Shown in pieces: positions 1 through 9,700 of a stretch of 64,000 nt of DNA. A program made the translations under genes and the position numbers. The DNA is taken from the IMG/VR virus record IMGVR_UViG_3300021376_000029, positions 21,289 through 85,288 of that record; one strand, 5' to 3'. The notes beneath the pieces were generated by a model. That model had not been told where the DNA came from, did no database searches, and saw nothing but the letters and a program-made list of their open reading frames with translations. Position 1 is the first letter of the stretch. Each line of letters opens with the position of its first letter. Source of the stretch: a virus.

Positions 1-751
1 ACTCTGCCAGAATTTTTTCAATCTCTACCTCAGCATCTTCATAAATTTCTCTACCATTTAATGTAATACCTCCAGGAAGAGATACATTTCTAAACTTAAT
101 TAAGTTCTGTCCCCACTGACGTTTGATAAGTGCAGTTGCATACTTCTTCATCCAAACATCATTCCACACCTCAGTGCATTGAGCGGGGTCAAGCATTCTG
201 TAACAATCAATTAAGATATAATTACCTGACGTTAGTTGATCAAAATCAGTATCCAGCCAAAGTTTATTTTCTCTTTTATTAAAACGAATCGGTTTGAAGT
301 TTGAAATAACCCAATCAAGAGTTTCCAAGTAACTCTTAATCATATAGTAATTAAGAATTTCCATTGAACCAAAGTTATAAAAATCATTCAAAAACAATTG
401 ATACTTGATACTAAAAATATTTCCTGATACTGATGATACACTATTATCCTGAGCATATACTTGAGTAATGCCAAGAATATGATCTGGAATTTGAATGTAA
501 TTATTTTGTTCTATTAATGTTGTGCCTGATATTGTTGTATTAGTTTTTGCTGCAGCAACCATCTGAGGTGTAATCTGCATTTTAAGAATGGTACGAATAC
601 TACCATCAAAGTGACGCTCTTGAAAGAATTGAATAGCATCATCAATCGCATCTTCAATCTGATCATCATCCACATTAATTTCAAGCACAGGAAAACCAAG
701 TTTCCTTAAGCAATAATCAATTAATTGTTGTCTGGAGGCGGGACGAGCCAT
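1..751 (-). CDS. gp13: T4-like neck protein gp13 (5' part; runs off the left edge)
   Basis: Manual translation from ATG at 751 gives MARPASRQQLIDYCLRKLGFPVLEINVDDDQIEDAIDDAIQFFQERHFDG... and later ...KKYATALIKRQWGQNLIKFRNVSLPGGITLNG, typical of gp13. Missing from the ORF track because it has no stop in the window. Confidence 0.93.
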   Translation of the reverse strand, partial: MARPASRQQLIDYCLRKLGFPVLEINVDDDQIEDAIDDAIQFFQERHFDGSIRTILKMQITPQMVAAAKTNTTISGTTLIEQNNYIQIPDHILGITQVYAQDNSVSSVSGNIFSIKYQLFLNDFYNFGSMEILNYYMIKSYLETLDWVISNFKPIRFNKRENKLWLDTDFDQLTSGNYILIDCYRMLDPAQCTEVWNDVWMKKYATALIKRQWGQNLIKFRNVSLPGGITLNGREIYEDAEVEIEKILAE

Positions 752-784
752 GAATACAAAAATAACCCTTAGTTTCCTAAAAGA

Positions 785-792
785 TATTTATA
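785..792 (-). promoter_or_regulatory. T4-type late promoter TATAAATA
   Basis: TATTTATA on the + strand, just upstream of gp13. Confidence 0.8.
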
Positions 793-794
793 AA

Positions 795-2030
795 TTAATA
801 TTTAAATTCAGCACCAGACCATCTGATTTTAGGTCGGTTTTCATCAGTCCAAGTATCTGTCATCCAACGATGAACATATGCAAGGTCTTCTCTTGAATGC
901 ATAAAAATTCTTTGAAGTGTATTAGTAGCAACCTCTCCATTGTTCACAACCTCAGTCAATTTATCAATACCAGCGGAAGGATGATAATATGTTACACGCT
1001 TAGCTTCTTCAGATTTATCTTGCCAAAATTTACTATCTTTGAAAATTGAACCATATTGATAATGAAAAGCTAATTCTTGTTCATAACTAATCATTAACCT
1101 TTCATACTTGACATTATAGATGCATCTCTTAAGATAATCTATTTTTTCATTAAGATAGTCACAAATTTGACTAGCAAATTCAACATACATTAAAATTGAA
1201 TATGCTTGTAAAGGTTCTACGAAAAATAAACGATTTCCATTTGCTGCAACTCTGGGGGATTCAAGAATAAATCTTGCTCTTTTTGGATTCCAAGTTATAA
1301 CTTTTCCTTTTTTACCACGACTCTCTAATTTATATGTAACTTCTTCGGGAGAAATATAATTTGTATTGAATAAGTATCCCTTTCTTACAACATTTTCTTT
1401 TGGAAATGGTAAATTAAATTCCCATCCATCCTCAGTAGCATTATGAACGGTACAATCTTTGCTTATAATTCCTGGATAAACTTCAAAATCGTCATCTCTA
1501 TATAAGTATCCTGCATTTACGGTGTGAAAAGCAGGTGTTACGGATTTGTTATGATCATAATTCCAACCAGTACAATTAATAACAAAATCGTACCTTTTAT
1601 CATTGACCATCACATAATCACCATAATCTTTTAAATCTGAAACTTTTTCAGCATGATACTTTATTCCACGTTCTTCTAATGCATCATTTAAAAATTTATT
1701 TAATACTACAGTATCAAAATGAAATGAACCTATACCACTGTTTGCATCTGGAGGATGCCCACCAAATCCATGTACCCACGGAACACCAGTACCCCAGTTA
1801 ATAAATGTAACACCACGTTTTCTGGACATCAATCCTTTTTCAATAAGATCATCCATACGAAAACCAAGTGCTTCATAAAGAAGATTTGGGAAATGTGGAG
1901 TTGTTGATTCTCCTACAGAAACAGGAGGGATATCTGGATCATAAAAAATTTCTATATCATGTTTATTCAATATACAAACACACGCTTGAATAATAGAAGA
2001 AGTGCCTTTACCAATGATTGCGATTTTCAT
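795..2030 (-). CDS. Tryptophan halogenase (PrnA)-like flavin-dependent enzyme, divergent
   Basis: N-terminal IAIIGKGTSS dinucleotide fold, VGESTTP, SRKRGVTFINWG (catalytic Lys position), GWEFNLP (WxWxIP-like), GNRLFFVEPLQ, FWQD. Confidence 0.85.
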   Translation of the reverse strand: MKIAIIGKGTSSIIQACVCILNKHDIEIFYDPDIPPVSVGESTTPHFPNLLYEALGFRMDDLIEKGLMSRKRGVTFINWGTGVPWVHGFGGHPPDANSGIGSFHFDTVVLNKFLNDALEERGIKYHAEKVSDLKDYGDYVMVNDKRYDFVINCTGWNYDHNKSVTPAFHTVNAGYLYRDDDFEVYPGIISKDCTVHNATEDGWEFNLPFPKENVVRKGYLFNTNYISPEEVTYKLESRGKKGKVITWNPKRARFILESPRVAANGNRLFFVEPLQAYSILMYVEFASQICDYLNEKIDYLKRCIYNVKYERLMISYEQELAFHYQYGSIFKDSKFWQDKSEEAKRVTYYHPSAGIDKLTEVVNNGEVATNTLQRIFMHSREDLAYVHRWMTDTWTDENRPKIRWSGAEFKY

Positions 2031-2035
2031 AATAG

Positions 2036-2581
2036 TTATCTAAGATTAAATGATAAAATAGTACGTTTAGAATTATTAAAACTAGGAACAGTAAAATGCA
2101 GTAAAGATGCTGGAAAAAGTATTAGAGATCCTTCAAATATATTTTTGGGTACAAATATTTGCTGAGAACCTGTTACAAAATCATTGTATGGGCATATAAA
2201 GTGAGTGGGTTTATGGTATTTGGGATCAAAATCCATGAAACAAACCGCACTAAATCCAAGACCACCATGATTATGAACTTGATGAAACATATCGTTGTAG
2301 GTAGTTTCAATCCAAGAATCACTAATTTTATATGGTGGTAATCTAAATTGAATTAAAAATTGATTAATTTCTGGTTTTAAAATATTATAAACTTTTTCAG
2401 AGTAGTTATATTTTGCTTCTGCATTTTTATGATAGTCCGTTATTAAATTTTCAGTATTATGTGATGGTGCTCCTTCAAATTTTTTTAAAGATAATAATTT
2501 TTGTTTTTTATTATCCCAATCACTTATTCTAAAATGAACAAGTGGTATTTTAAACATATCAAATACACTGACCGTACTCAT
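2036..2581 (-). CDS. Putative 2OG-Fe(II) oxygenase (TIGR02466-like)
   Basis: SW..HQVHNH..FSAVCF..EGSLILFPASLLH..RTILSFN pattern. Confidence 0.85.
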   Translation of the reverse strand: MSTVSVFDMFKIPLVHFRISDWDNKKQKLLSLKKFEGAPSHNTENLITDYHKNAEAKYNYSEKVYNILKPEINQFLIQFRLPPYKISDSWIETTYNDMFHQVHNHGGLGFSAVCFMDFDPKYHKPTHFICPYNDFVTGSQQIFVPKNIFEGSLILFPASLLHFTVPSFNNSKRTILSFNLR

Positions 2582-2601
2582 ACTTTGAATCTCACTTAAA
2601 A

Positions 2602-3225
2602 TTATTTATGGTTAAAAAAGAAAACTTGATTTACTCTGTAAGTATCAAAATAGTAATCATCTTCAATATTCATTCCATGTAAAAATTTCAATCCATCAAA
2701 TAGTACAAGACTATTGAATGTTGATTTAAAAGTTTTAATAACTCTCCATTTGTTTTTATCTCTCCAAGGACAATTATGTTCACTGGTTGTTATACTGTCA
2801 TTTATATTTTCATATAAGTTAGTTCCAGCATTTTCATTTTCAGTAAAGTATACAATACCATTGTATCCATTATCTCTATGAGGCCACCAATAATTATTTT
2901 TATAATCGTTAAAATCTTTACTTATAAATTTGGTAATATTATTGACAATATAATTTTGTTTTTGAGAAGATTGAATGCAAATATTTTCTAGGTAACGATT
3001 GACATGTATTATTTGATCAGTTTCAATCCTTTGTCTTCTATCATCAAAATGCACACCATTATAAGATGGTTTTTGATCTGCTTTCCATAAAGAAGTTTGA
3101 TATTGACTAAAAAAATTAAAAACTTCTATAGGATATTTGTAAAAATTTTGTATAGTATACACAGGTGAATTGTCAATGTATTCTATATTAATTTCACTAG
3201 ATGTATTGATTTCAAAAATATTCAT
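2602..3225 (-). CDS. 2OG-Fe(II) oxygenase-like protein (DUF6445-like)
   Basis: IQNFYKYP..PHRD..GIVYF..GTNLY..FNSLVLFDG..LHG..RVNQVFF. Confidence 0.75.
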   Translation of the reverse strand: MNIFEINTSSEINIEYIDNSPVYTIQNFYKYPIEVFNFFSQYQTSLWKADQKPSYNGVHFDDRRQRIETDQIIHVNRYLENICIQSSQKQNYIVNNITKFISKDFNDYKNNYWWPHRDNGYNGIVYFTENENAGTNLYENINDSITTSEHNCPWRDKNKWRVIKTFKSTFNSLVLFDGLKFLHGMNIEDDYYFDTYRVNQVFFFNHK

Positions 3226-3818
3226 GTTTTTTTATTTTCTAATACTATGTTAAATGAAACTACAATTTTTTCACCAGGATTATACTGAATGGGTGTTGAG
3301 TGTTCTAAATTGCTATGAAATATAAGTAATCTTCCTGGTTCACATTTTACAGGATGTATCATGGTACTCAATTCATTCATCTTTTCTGGATTTTCATAAA
3401 AATTTTTCTGTTCGTCATGAAAAAGAATATGATTTTCTTGAGTAGTTTTTATATAGTATGCTCCAGATAAGAAAGAACCAGGATGTAAATGAGGAAATAA
3501 GAAATCACCTTTATCACTAATATTAAACCACATTGTCTGTATGAATGCTTGAGGAATCCTTGAGCGTTGATATCCATATTCAATCATAAATTCTTTTGTT
3601 GATTTAATAATTTCATCAGCAAGTAAATTAAATGGTTGCATCTTGTGCAAATTATCAGCTCCTCCATGAGAAGAGTTGACATTAAAGTTTGCTGCTCTTC
3701 TAGTTCTAGATTTTAAATTATGAACACTTTTTTCTAATTCAGATAAAATTTCAGAACAAACATTATCTTTTATGTAATAACATTTGGGAAATATTGGTAA
3801 GATTTTACCACTCATCAT
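3222..3818 (-). CDS. Putative 2OG-Fe(II) oxygenase (TIGR02466-like)
   Basis: MWFN..PHLHPGSFLSGAYY..PGRLLIFHSNLEH..KIVVSFN. Start is likely ATG 3818 or 3815 rather than 3854, which would overlap the upstream gene more. Confidence 0.85.
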   Translation of the reverse strand: MMSGKILPIFPKCYYIKDNVCSEILSELEKSVHNLKSRTRRAANFNVNSSHGGADNLHKMQPFNLLADEIIKSTKEFMIEYGYQRSRIPQAFIQTMWFNISDKGDFLFPHLHPGSFLSGAYYIKTTQENHILFHDEQKNFYENPEKMNELSTMIHPVKCEPGRLLIFHSNLEHSTPIQYNPGEKIVVSFNIVLENKKT

Positions 3819-4137
3819 TTTCAGATTCCTCTCCATCTCTAGGTACAAAATCAATTACAACTTCAGGTCCTTTTCCAGTTTTTACAGCTTCTTCTAAAAG
3901 AAAATGTTTTACCATATTAAAAGTTTCAAATACTAATTGCTGATATTCAAATTCAACCCACCATAACACATCTTCTTCATCAACATTATCATAATCTGTA
4001 TCAAACGTTTCGTCATTTTCATCTACTTCCTTTGGTTTTTTTAAAACAACTTCAATTACCATGTGAGTATCAACGCCATGTTTTTCTTCTGCTTGTAAAG
4101 CAATGTCCATTATAGGAAGTTCAGAAACTAATGCCAT
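3805..4137 (-). CDS. Hypothetical acidic protein
   Basis: 110-aa ORF with GGAG RBS; first gene of the leftward oxygenase operon. Confidence 0.7.
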   Translation of the reverse strand: MALVSELPIMDIALQAEEKHGVDTHMVIEVVLKKPKEVDENDETFDTDYDNVDEEDVLWWVEFEYQQLVFETFNMVKHFLLEEAVKTGKGPEVVIDFVPRDGEESENDEW

Positions 4138-4252
4138 ATAAAATCTCCGTTTATAATCTATGTAGGAACAATAAATTTATGTATATGTAGTAATAGCACT
4201 ACATTTAATCTAAAATTCAAGTACTAAATAATTTAAATTCCTTAAGTATATA

Positions 4253-4286
4253 TTGACTTGACGGGATTGACTTTTTATACTAAAAT
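4253..4286 (+). promoter_or_regulatory. Two overlapping sigma70-type promoters
   Basis: TTGACT(4253)-17-TATACT(4276) and TTGACG(4258)-17-TAAAAT(4281), upstream of ORF 4310. Confidence 0.7.
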
Positions 4287-4309
4287 TGTAGTTAGAGATT
4301 TTTAAAACA

Positions 4310-4780
4310 ATGAGTGTTAAACTTTGCTTACTTAAAACAGGTCAAACTGTAATTGGCGATCTTAAAGAGGTAGTTGATCATGCAGAAAACAAAACCATGG
4401 GATATAAAATTATTGAACCCTATTCAATAGATTTTGAATACAGAAACACACTTACTGTTGATGGGAATGAAAAAGTTAAAAATTCAACTTTAGATAACGC
4501 AGGGGTAAAGTTTAATTTTTGGGCTCCTCTTTCTGCACAAAGAGAATTTAATTTTCCATATGAATTTATTGATGTAATTTATGAACCACATCAAGAAATT
4601 GTAAGTTTATATAATTCTGTAGTTAATCATTACATTGAAGAAAATACAATTACTCAAACCGTTAATGGTGAAGATGTAATCATTACTTACAATCAAGATC
4701 TTGAAGAAAAAATTCAAGAATCAAATCAGGTTAGATTAAAAGAAGCAGAAAATAACGAAGAACCTGAAAATCTTAACTAA
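4310..4780 (+). CDS. Cyanophage hypothetical protein (possible Sm-like N-terminal domain)
   Basis: N-terminus VKLCLLKTGQTVIGDLKE and WAPLS..F motif resemble a common cyanomyovirus family. Confidence 0.65.
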   Translation: MSVKLCLLKTGQTVIGDLKEVVDHAENKTMGYKIIEPYSIDFEYRNTLTVDGNEKVKNSTLDNAGVKFNFWAPLSAQREFNFPYEFIDVIYEPHQEIVSLYNSVVNHYIEENTITQTVNGEDVIITYNQDLEEKIQESNQVRLKEAENNEEPENLN

Positions 4781-4790
4781 AGAGGTTATT

Positions 4791-5618
4791 ATGTTTGAAA
4801 ATATTGACGAAATTAAAAAAATAGATTTTACTAAACTGTTTGAAATAAATGGTTCTGAAGTTCAGTCTCAAATTTATGATAATTTAAATTATATCACCAT
4901 TGACAATTTTTTTAAAAATCCACATGATATAGTTGATGTATTGAAATTATTTCCAATAAATGACAAAAGTAAATTTTACGAAAAAATTTCCGAACTGAAA
5001 AAAACTAAGTGGTTACAGCAACCAGGACTACAACAGTTTTTTCCAATTAACTACCTAGAAAGTCTTTCATTTACTTTATATAAACTTCTCGCAGAATATG
5101 ATTATGTTCCATATGATATTGAAAATAGTGGAGACTATCTGCGTTTAGGTAGACAATTATCTCAATTTGTATATTATAGTAATATTTTTTACCCAGGAAT
5201 TTTAAAAATAAGCAATAACAACCTACCTCATTTTGATCAAAGTCAATTTGCATTTAATATTTTTCTTAGCGAAAATGTTGGTGGAGGGACATCATTCTAT
5301 AACTTAGTCTACAACAATAAGAGATATGCAAGTTTAAATGCTGTTTTATCAGAAACAGATCCTGCAATGAAAGAGGGCATCAAAAATGAATTAAATAAGA
5401 TGAATGATACTTGCGAAGTTGCACCTTATGATGCTTTTGAAGGAAATGAAATGTGGGAAAAATACCACACCATTGAATATAAATTTAATAGACTATGCCT
5501 TTATAAAGGTAACTTTTGGCATAATGTATATTATGACGCAAATACAGAAACTAATATAAGATATTCTTTATCAGCTACTTACTCGCCATCAATGGATCCA
5601 AATGAAGAACATTATTGA
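4791..5618 (+). CDS. 2OG-Fe(II) oxygenase-like protein (DUF6445-like)
   Basis: IDNFFKNP..PG..LPHFD..FNIFL..GGTSFY..KFNRLCLYKGNFWH..RYSL; GAGG RBS. Confidence 0.75.
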   Translation: MFENIDEIKKIDFTKLFEINGSEVQSQIYDNLNYITIDNFFKNPHDIVDVLKLFPINDKSKFYEKISELKKTKWLQQPGLQQFFPINYLESLSFTLYKLLAEYDYVPYDIENSGDYLRLGRQLSQFVYYSNIFYPGILKISNNNLPHFDQSQFAFNIFLSENVGGGTSFYNLVYNNKRYASLNAVLSETDPAMKEGIKNELNKMNDTCEVAPYDAFEGNEMWEKYHTIEYKFNRLCLYKGNFWHNVYYDANTETNIRYSLSATYSPSMDPNEEHY

Positions 5619-6390
5619 TCATAAAAATAATATTTCAATATCTGATTTTAATTTATTTTCTATAAAAGAATTAGAAAATCTATTTTCTATTAATGATAAT
5701 ATTGAAATTAATTTTCATAGAGCTGATCAATTAGAGTATATAACAATATCTGATTTTTTAAGGTATCCAGAAGATGTAAAAAAATTTCTAATCAAATTTC
5801 CTTCCGAAGATAGATTACAAAGTATTATAGAAATAAATCAGATAGTAGTAAATAAAGCTCCTGGATTTCAACAACCATTTAATAATATATTCTTTCTTCC
5901 ATTATCAAATGCATTACATAAAATAGCTTTTGATCATGGATTCTGTAACTATGAATATGATAAAAGATATTGGGATTTTTATTCCAATTGTCTTCATTCG
6001 GGAATGCCCTCATTCAAGAAAAATTATTTACCGCACATTGATTCATTTGCTTTAGCTGCAAATTTATACCTTACTGATATTGAAGATACTTATACAGCAT
6101 TCTTTAAATTTATTGACTGTCAAGGAAATCAATATCCTAGCGTGCATAAATTAAAACTAAATCAACTTGCGATGAATGAATATATTAGTACGATGGCAGA
6201 TTACTCTGCATCTGAAGATTTAGGTGAGTGGCAAGTATTTCGTGGCAATAAACATTTTGTTGAGTATCATAGAATACCTTCTAACTTTAATTGCATAAGT
6301 ATGTACAGAGGTAAGTTCTGGCATAATGTACAGTTTGATGCTACTATACCAGACAGAATAAGATATTCTTTAGTTTGTGTACTTAAATAA
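5602..6390 (+). CDS. 2OG-Fe(II) oxygenase-like protein (DUF6445-like), paralogue of the upstream gene
   Basis: ISDFLRYP..APG..LPHID..NLYL..FNCISMYRGKFWH..RYSL. Confidence 0.75.
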   Translation: MKNIIDHKNNISISDFNLFSIKELENLFSINDNIEINFHRADQLEYITISDFLRYPEDVKKFLIKFPSEDRLQSIIEINQIVVNKAPGFQQPFNNIFFLPLSNALHKIAFDHGFCNYEYDKRYWDFYSNCLHSGMPSFKKNYLPHIDSFALAANLYLTDIEDTYTAFFKFIDCQGNQYPSVHKLKLNQLAMNEYISTMADYSASEDLGEWQVFRGNKHFVEYHRIPSNFNCISMYRGKFWHNVQFDATIPDRIRYSLVCVLK

Positions 6391-6422
6391 AAAGAAACCC
6401 TCCTTTCGGAGGGTCTTTTTTA
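6391..6422. terminator. Bidirectional intrinsic terminator
   Basis: ACCCTCC-TTTC-GGAGGGT hairpin with an A-run on the left and a T-run on the right, between convergent genes. Confidence 0.85.
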
Positions 6423-6425
6423 TGC

Positions 6426-6728
6426 TTATGATGGCAGTTGATATTTTACTGGTACGTGTTGATTATATACTTTTTTAATCTTAGCACTAAGAATAGGATC
6501 TTCAAAATATTTAAGTGTCAATGCATCTTTACACGATATAACTTTTTCATAAGATTGTTTTGCTGGAAGAAATTCTTCCGATTCTGGATCTATCATATGC
6601 CAATCAAAATCACATGCTTGAATTGCTTCAACTAAATCTTCAAGGGTTACTTTATATTGTTTTGCTGAAGTATTTTCATATGGTTGAAGTGAAATATTAA
6701 GTTGTTTTGGATCTTGGATTTCTTCCAT
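6426..6728 (-). CDS. Hypothetical protein
   Basis: 100-aa ORF with AGGAG RBS. Confidence 0.7.
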   Translation of the reverse strand: MEEIQDPKQLNISLQPYENTSAKQYKVTLEDLVEAIQACDFDWHMIDPESEEFLPAKQSYEKVISCKDALTLKYFEDPILSAKIKKVYNQHVPVKYQLPS

Positions 6729-6763
6729 TTTAATTCTCCTAGTGTTTAAATTATATATTTAAA

Positions 6764-9700
6764 TTATGCCTGTGATTCTTTCCAGGTAACACGAGCGGTA
6801 GCTGAATATGGGTTTGCACTTGAAACACCAGTAGAGTCAATAACTTCCGCCACAAGTGTCAGAAGGTCAGGTCCATTTGGATATACACCATCACCACCGA
6901 GAATAGAGTTGCCCAGAGCACTGAGTTCACTAAGATCATAGGCAGTTGCAGCAGCAAGTCTTCTTGTACCTTCAATAGGACCACCAGCGGCTCTGAAGGC
7001 AAGAATCTTTTGGCCTCCAGATAAAGTTTCATTAGAGTTGTGTCTAACTAATTGACATAAAGAAGGACTATCAACATTAGCGAATGCATCAGTACTCAGT
7101 TCTGGATTAATAATCAATGAAATTTCAGTTTCATGAGTAACTTGAACTCCAACTGACTGAAGATTTAATTGCATTCTATTAATAATTTCTCTTTGACCAA
7201 CACTTCCAGTGATAGAAGAATCAACAGAAGGTGCAAGACGAATACTCAGAAGAGGAATATATGATGGAATCAAGTTGTCACTACCAGCAGGAGCGCCAAC
7301 GTTAAACGATGTCGTAGTTGGAACTGCGGGGTTTCCTATTCTGGCATTGATAGTTGAAGCATAGCCTCTGGGGAAGACGGTTGCAGAACCTTCTTGATAC
7401 TGAATATAAACAAAGTAAGTTGAACCACTAACGAACGAACGAGAATTAATATTTCTTCCGTTTGAGAAATATCCCTGTGCAATTGCTGTATTATAGATTA
7501 GAGTATTAATGGTCAATTTACTTGCTTCACTGCTCGGAAATGGGATTCTAATAAAGTATTGTGAGTTGAAAGTATTGATTCTTTCTTCAATAATAACAGA
7601 ATTTCCATTAGATGATGAAGTTTGAGTTGTTGCATTAGTAAACTTAAGAACATTACCAGATGCAGTAAACAGATATGCTTCGTCATCCTGGAACATACCG
7701 TCCATAATTACCGAAGTACCCCAGTGGAACAAGGAAGGAACAAATGTTGGTGTTCCAATATTTTCAATTTCATAACGAGCAGGCAGGTTACCAGAACGGA
7801 AGTAAGATTCAAGAAGTTTATTATTGTGTTTGAACTCATGAACATACTTTACATGACCATGTTGGTCTTTAAATCCAAAACGAATCTTACCAGCACCATA
7901 CCATGAATAATCTGCATAGCACATTTGAATTCTACCAATATTTAATACATAACCAGATGGACCAGATCCATCACACTTATCAATATTCCATTGAAGTTGT
8001 GGAACTCTTACATCAATCGTCTTAGTTCCAATAACGTTACTATTTGTTACACCCTTATATGATGGTTGAACCGTTATTGAAGTGTTATTGGTTATTTTTA
8101 CAACCTTGTGAGTCATACCACGAATAACAATTTTATCACCTTTTTGAAGTTGTGAACTAAACTGAGTACTCGTGCCTACGATAATTCCAGATCCTTTTGT
8201 TACTGAAAGAGTACCCGTCAACTGTTGTACTGAAGATCTTCTGACACAATTTATATTTTGACCATCAAATTCAAAGAAGAATCCATTTTGGAAATCAAAC
8301 ATTCCAGCACGTACTGAGGAATTATTCCATTTTTCTACAGCAAATGATGGGAATCCACCTGAAGTACTAACTCCAGCAGGAACATCTTTAAGTTGAACTC
8401 TAAATGTAAAGTCATCAATTATAGTAGCAACAGAAACTTTCTTATTAAATACATCATTATCAGATCCTACAATACATACATATGAACCAACGATACAATT
8501 ATGAGGTCTATTTGATACAATTGTTGCTAATTTTGCTGGTTCTAATGTAATAGGAACATCAGTTATAGATGCAGTTAATGTTTGTGATAAGACAAGAGTG
8601 GTACTATTTAATACAGAATCAATTTGACAAGCATCAAGTGTTACACCAGAGGGAAGTCCAGTGATTTCCATGTAAGGAACAACACCAGCAGTTGAACCAC
8701 TGACCACAGTAAGTCTATTTTCCCCTGAAACACCAGTAACACGCAGTGAAGTTGTAGTTCCTTGTGGAGTATATGCTAAGGATGTAATTGGATTTTGTGG
8801 AATAAAGTTAATAGCAAATGAAGTTTGAATACCTTTACCTGACTGATAACGGAAATACTTACGAGTTTGACGGCAAATAAGACCATCAGGAGATTTAGAA
8901 GTACCAATTTCCATACCACCATCAAATGGTCTATGTAGATAGTAACCATCAGGTCTTACATAAATGAATGTAGGAATGAAGTACTTGAGACTACTTCCAG
9001 TAAATGTAAATGGCGTATCAACTAATATAGAACCATCATCTTTAATTGCATTAATAGATCTTGTGACAATAGTTCCAGGGGTCGTTGCACTATTAACAAT
9101 ACGAATAGTATCACCTACTTTAAAGTAACGTTTAAAGTTGGTATTATTACCAAGGATTGTTCTTGCTGTAATAGTAGTACCACTAGTGACTGATACAGTA
9201 CCAGCGCCAGTGATTAATCCTGAAAGATTTGCTGTGATTAATTGATGTGAACCAGAGCCAGTAGAAGTCATTGTTACAGCAGTGCCACTTTGAGCATTAG
9301 CAAGAGTAGTGGCAAGTCTAATTCTGGTATCATCAAGTACAATGACAAAATAATCTGTATTATGTGTCAAACCACCAATCGCAGTGCCACCAGCAGTATT
9401 GTAAATAATTCTTGTTCCTGGTGAGAAGAAGTGATTTGGTATTGTAAGGAATCCATTAGCACCTGTTGTTACTGCAAGAGCAGCATTGAAAGGTTTATTA
9501 CCTGGAGATAATTTAAATGGAAGGGTAATTTCAAGAGTTTTATCATTGATTGCTCTAGTAGTGGTATAAGAACCGTCAACTGCACCAAATGTTGCGGATG
9601 CATTTTCAAATGACTGAATGCCAGTACCAGTGCTTGTAAGTACAATTTCATTAGTAAATCCTACCGTAGTTCCGAGTTGGAATCTATTGTTATTAATTGC

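Noticed and set aside
514-699. 61-aa ORF in the track
   Set aside because: It is an alternative frame inside gp13, which starts at 751 and runs off the window.
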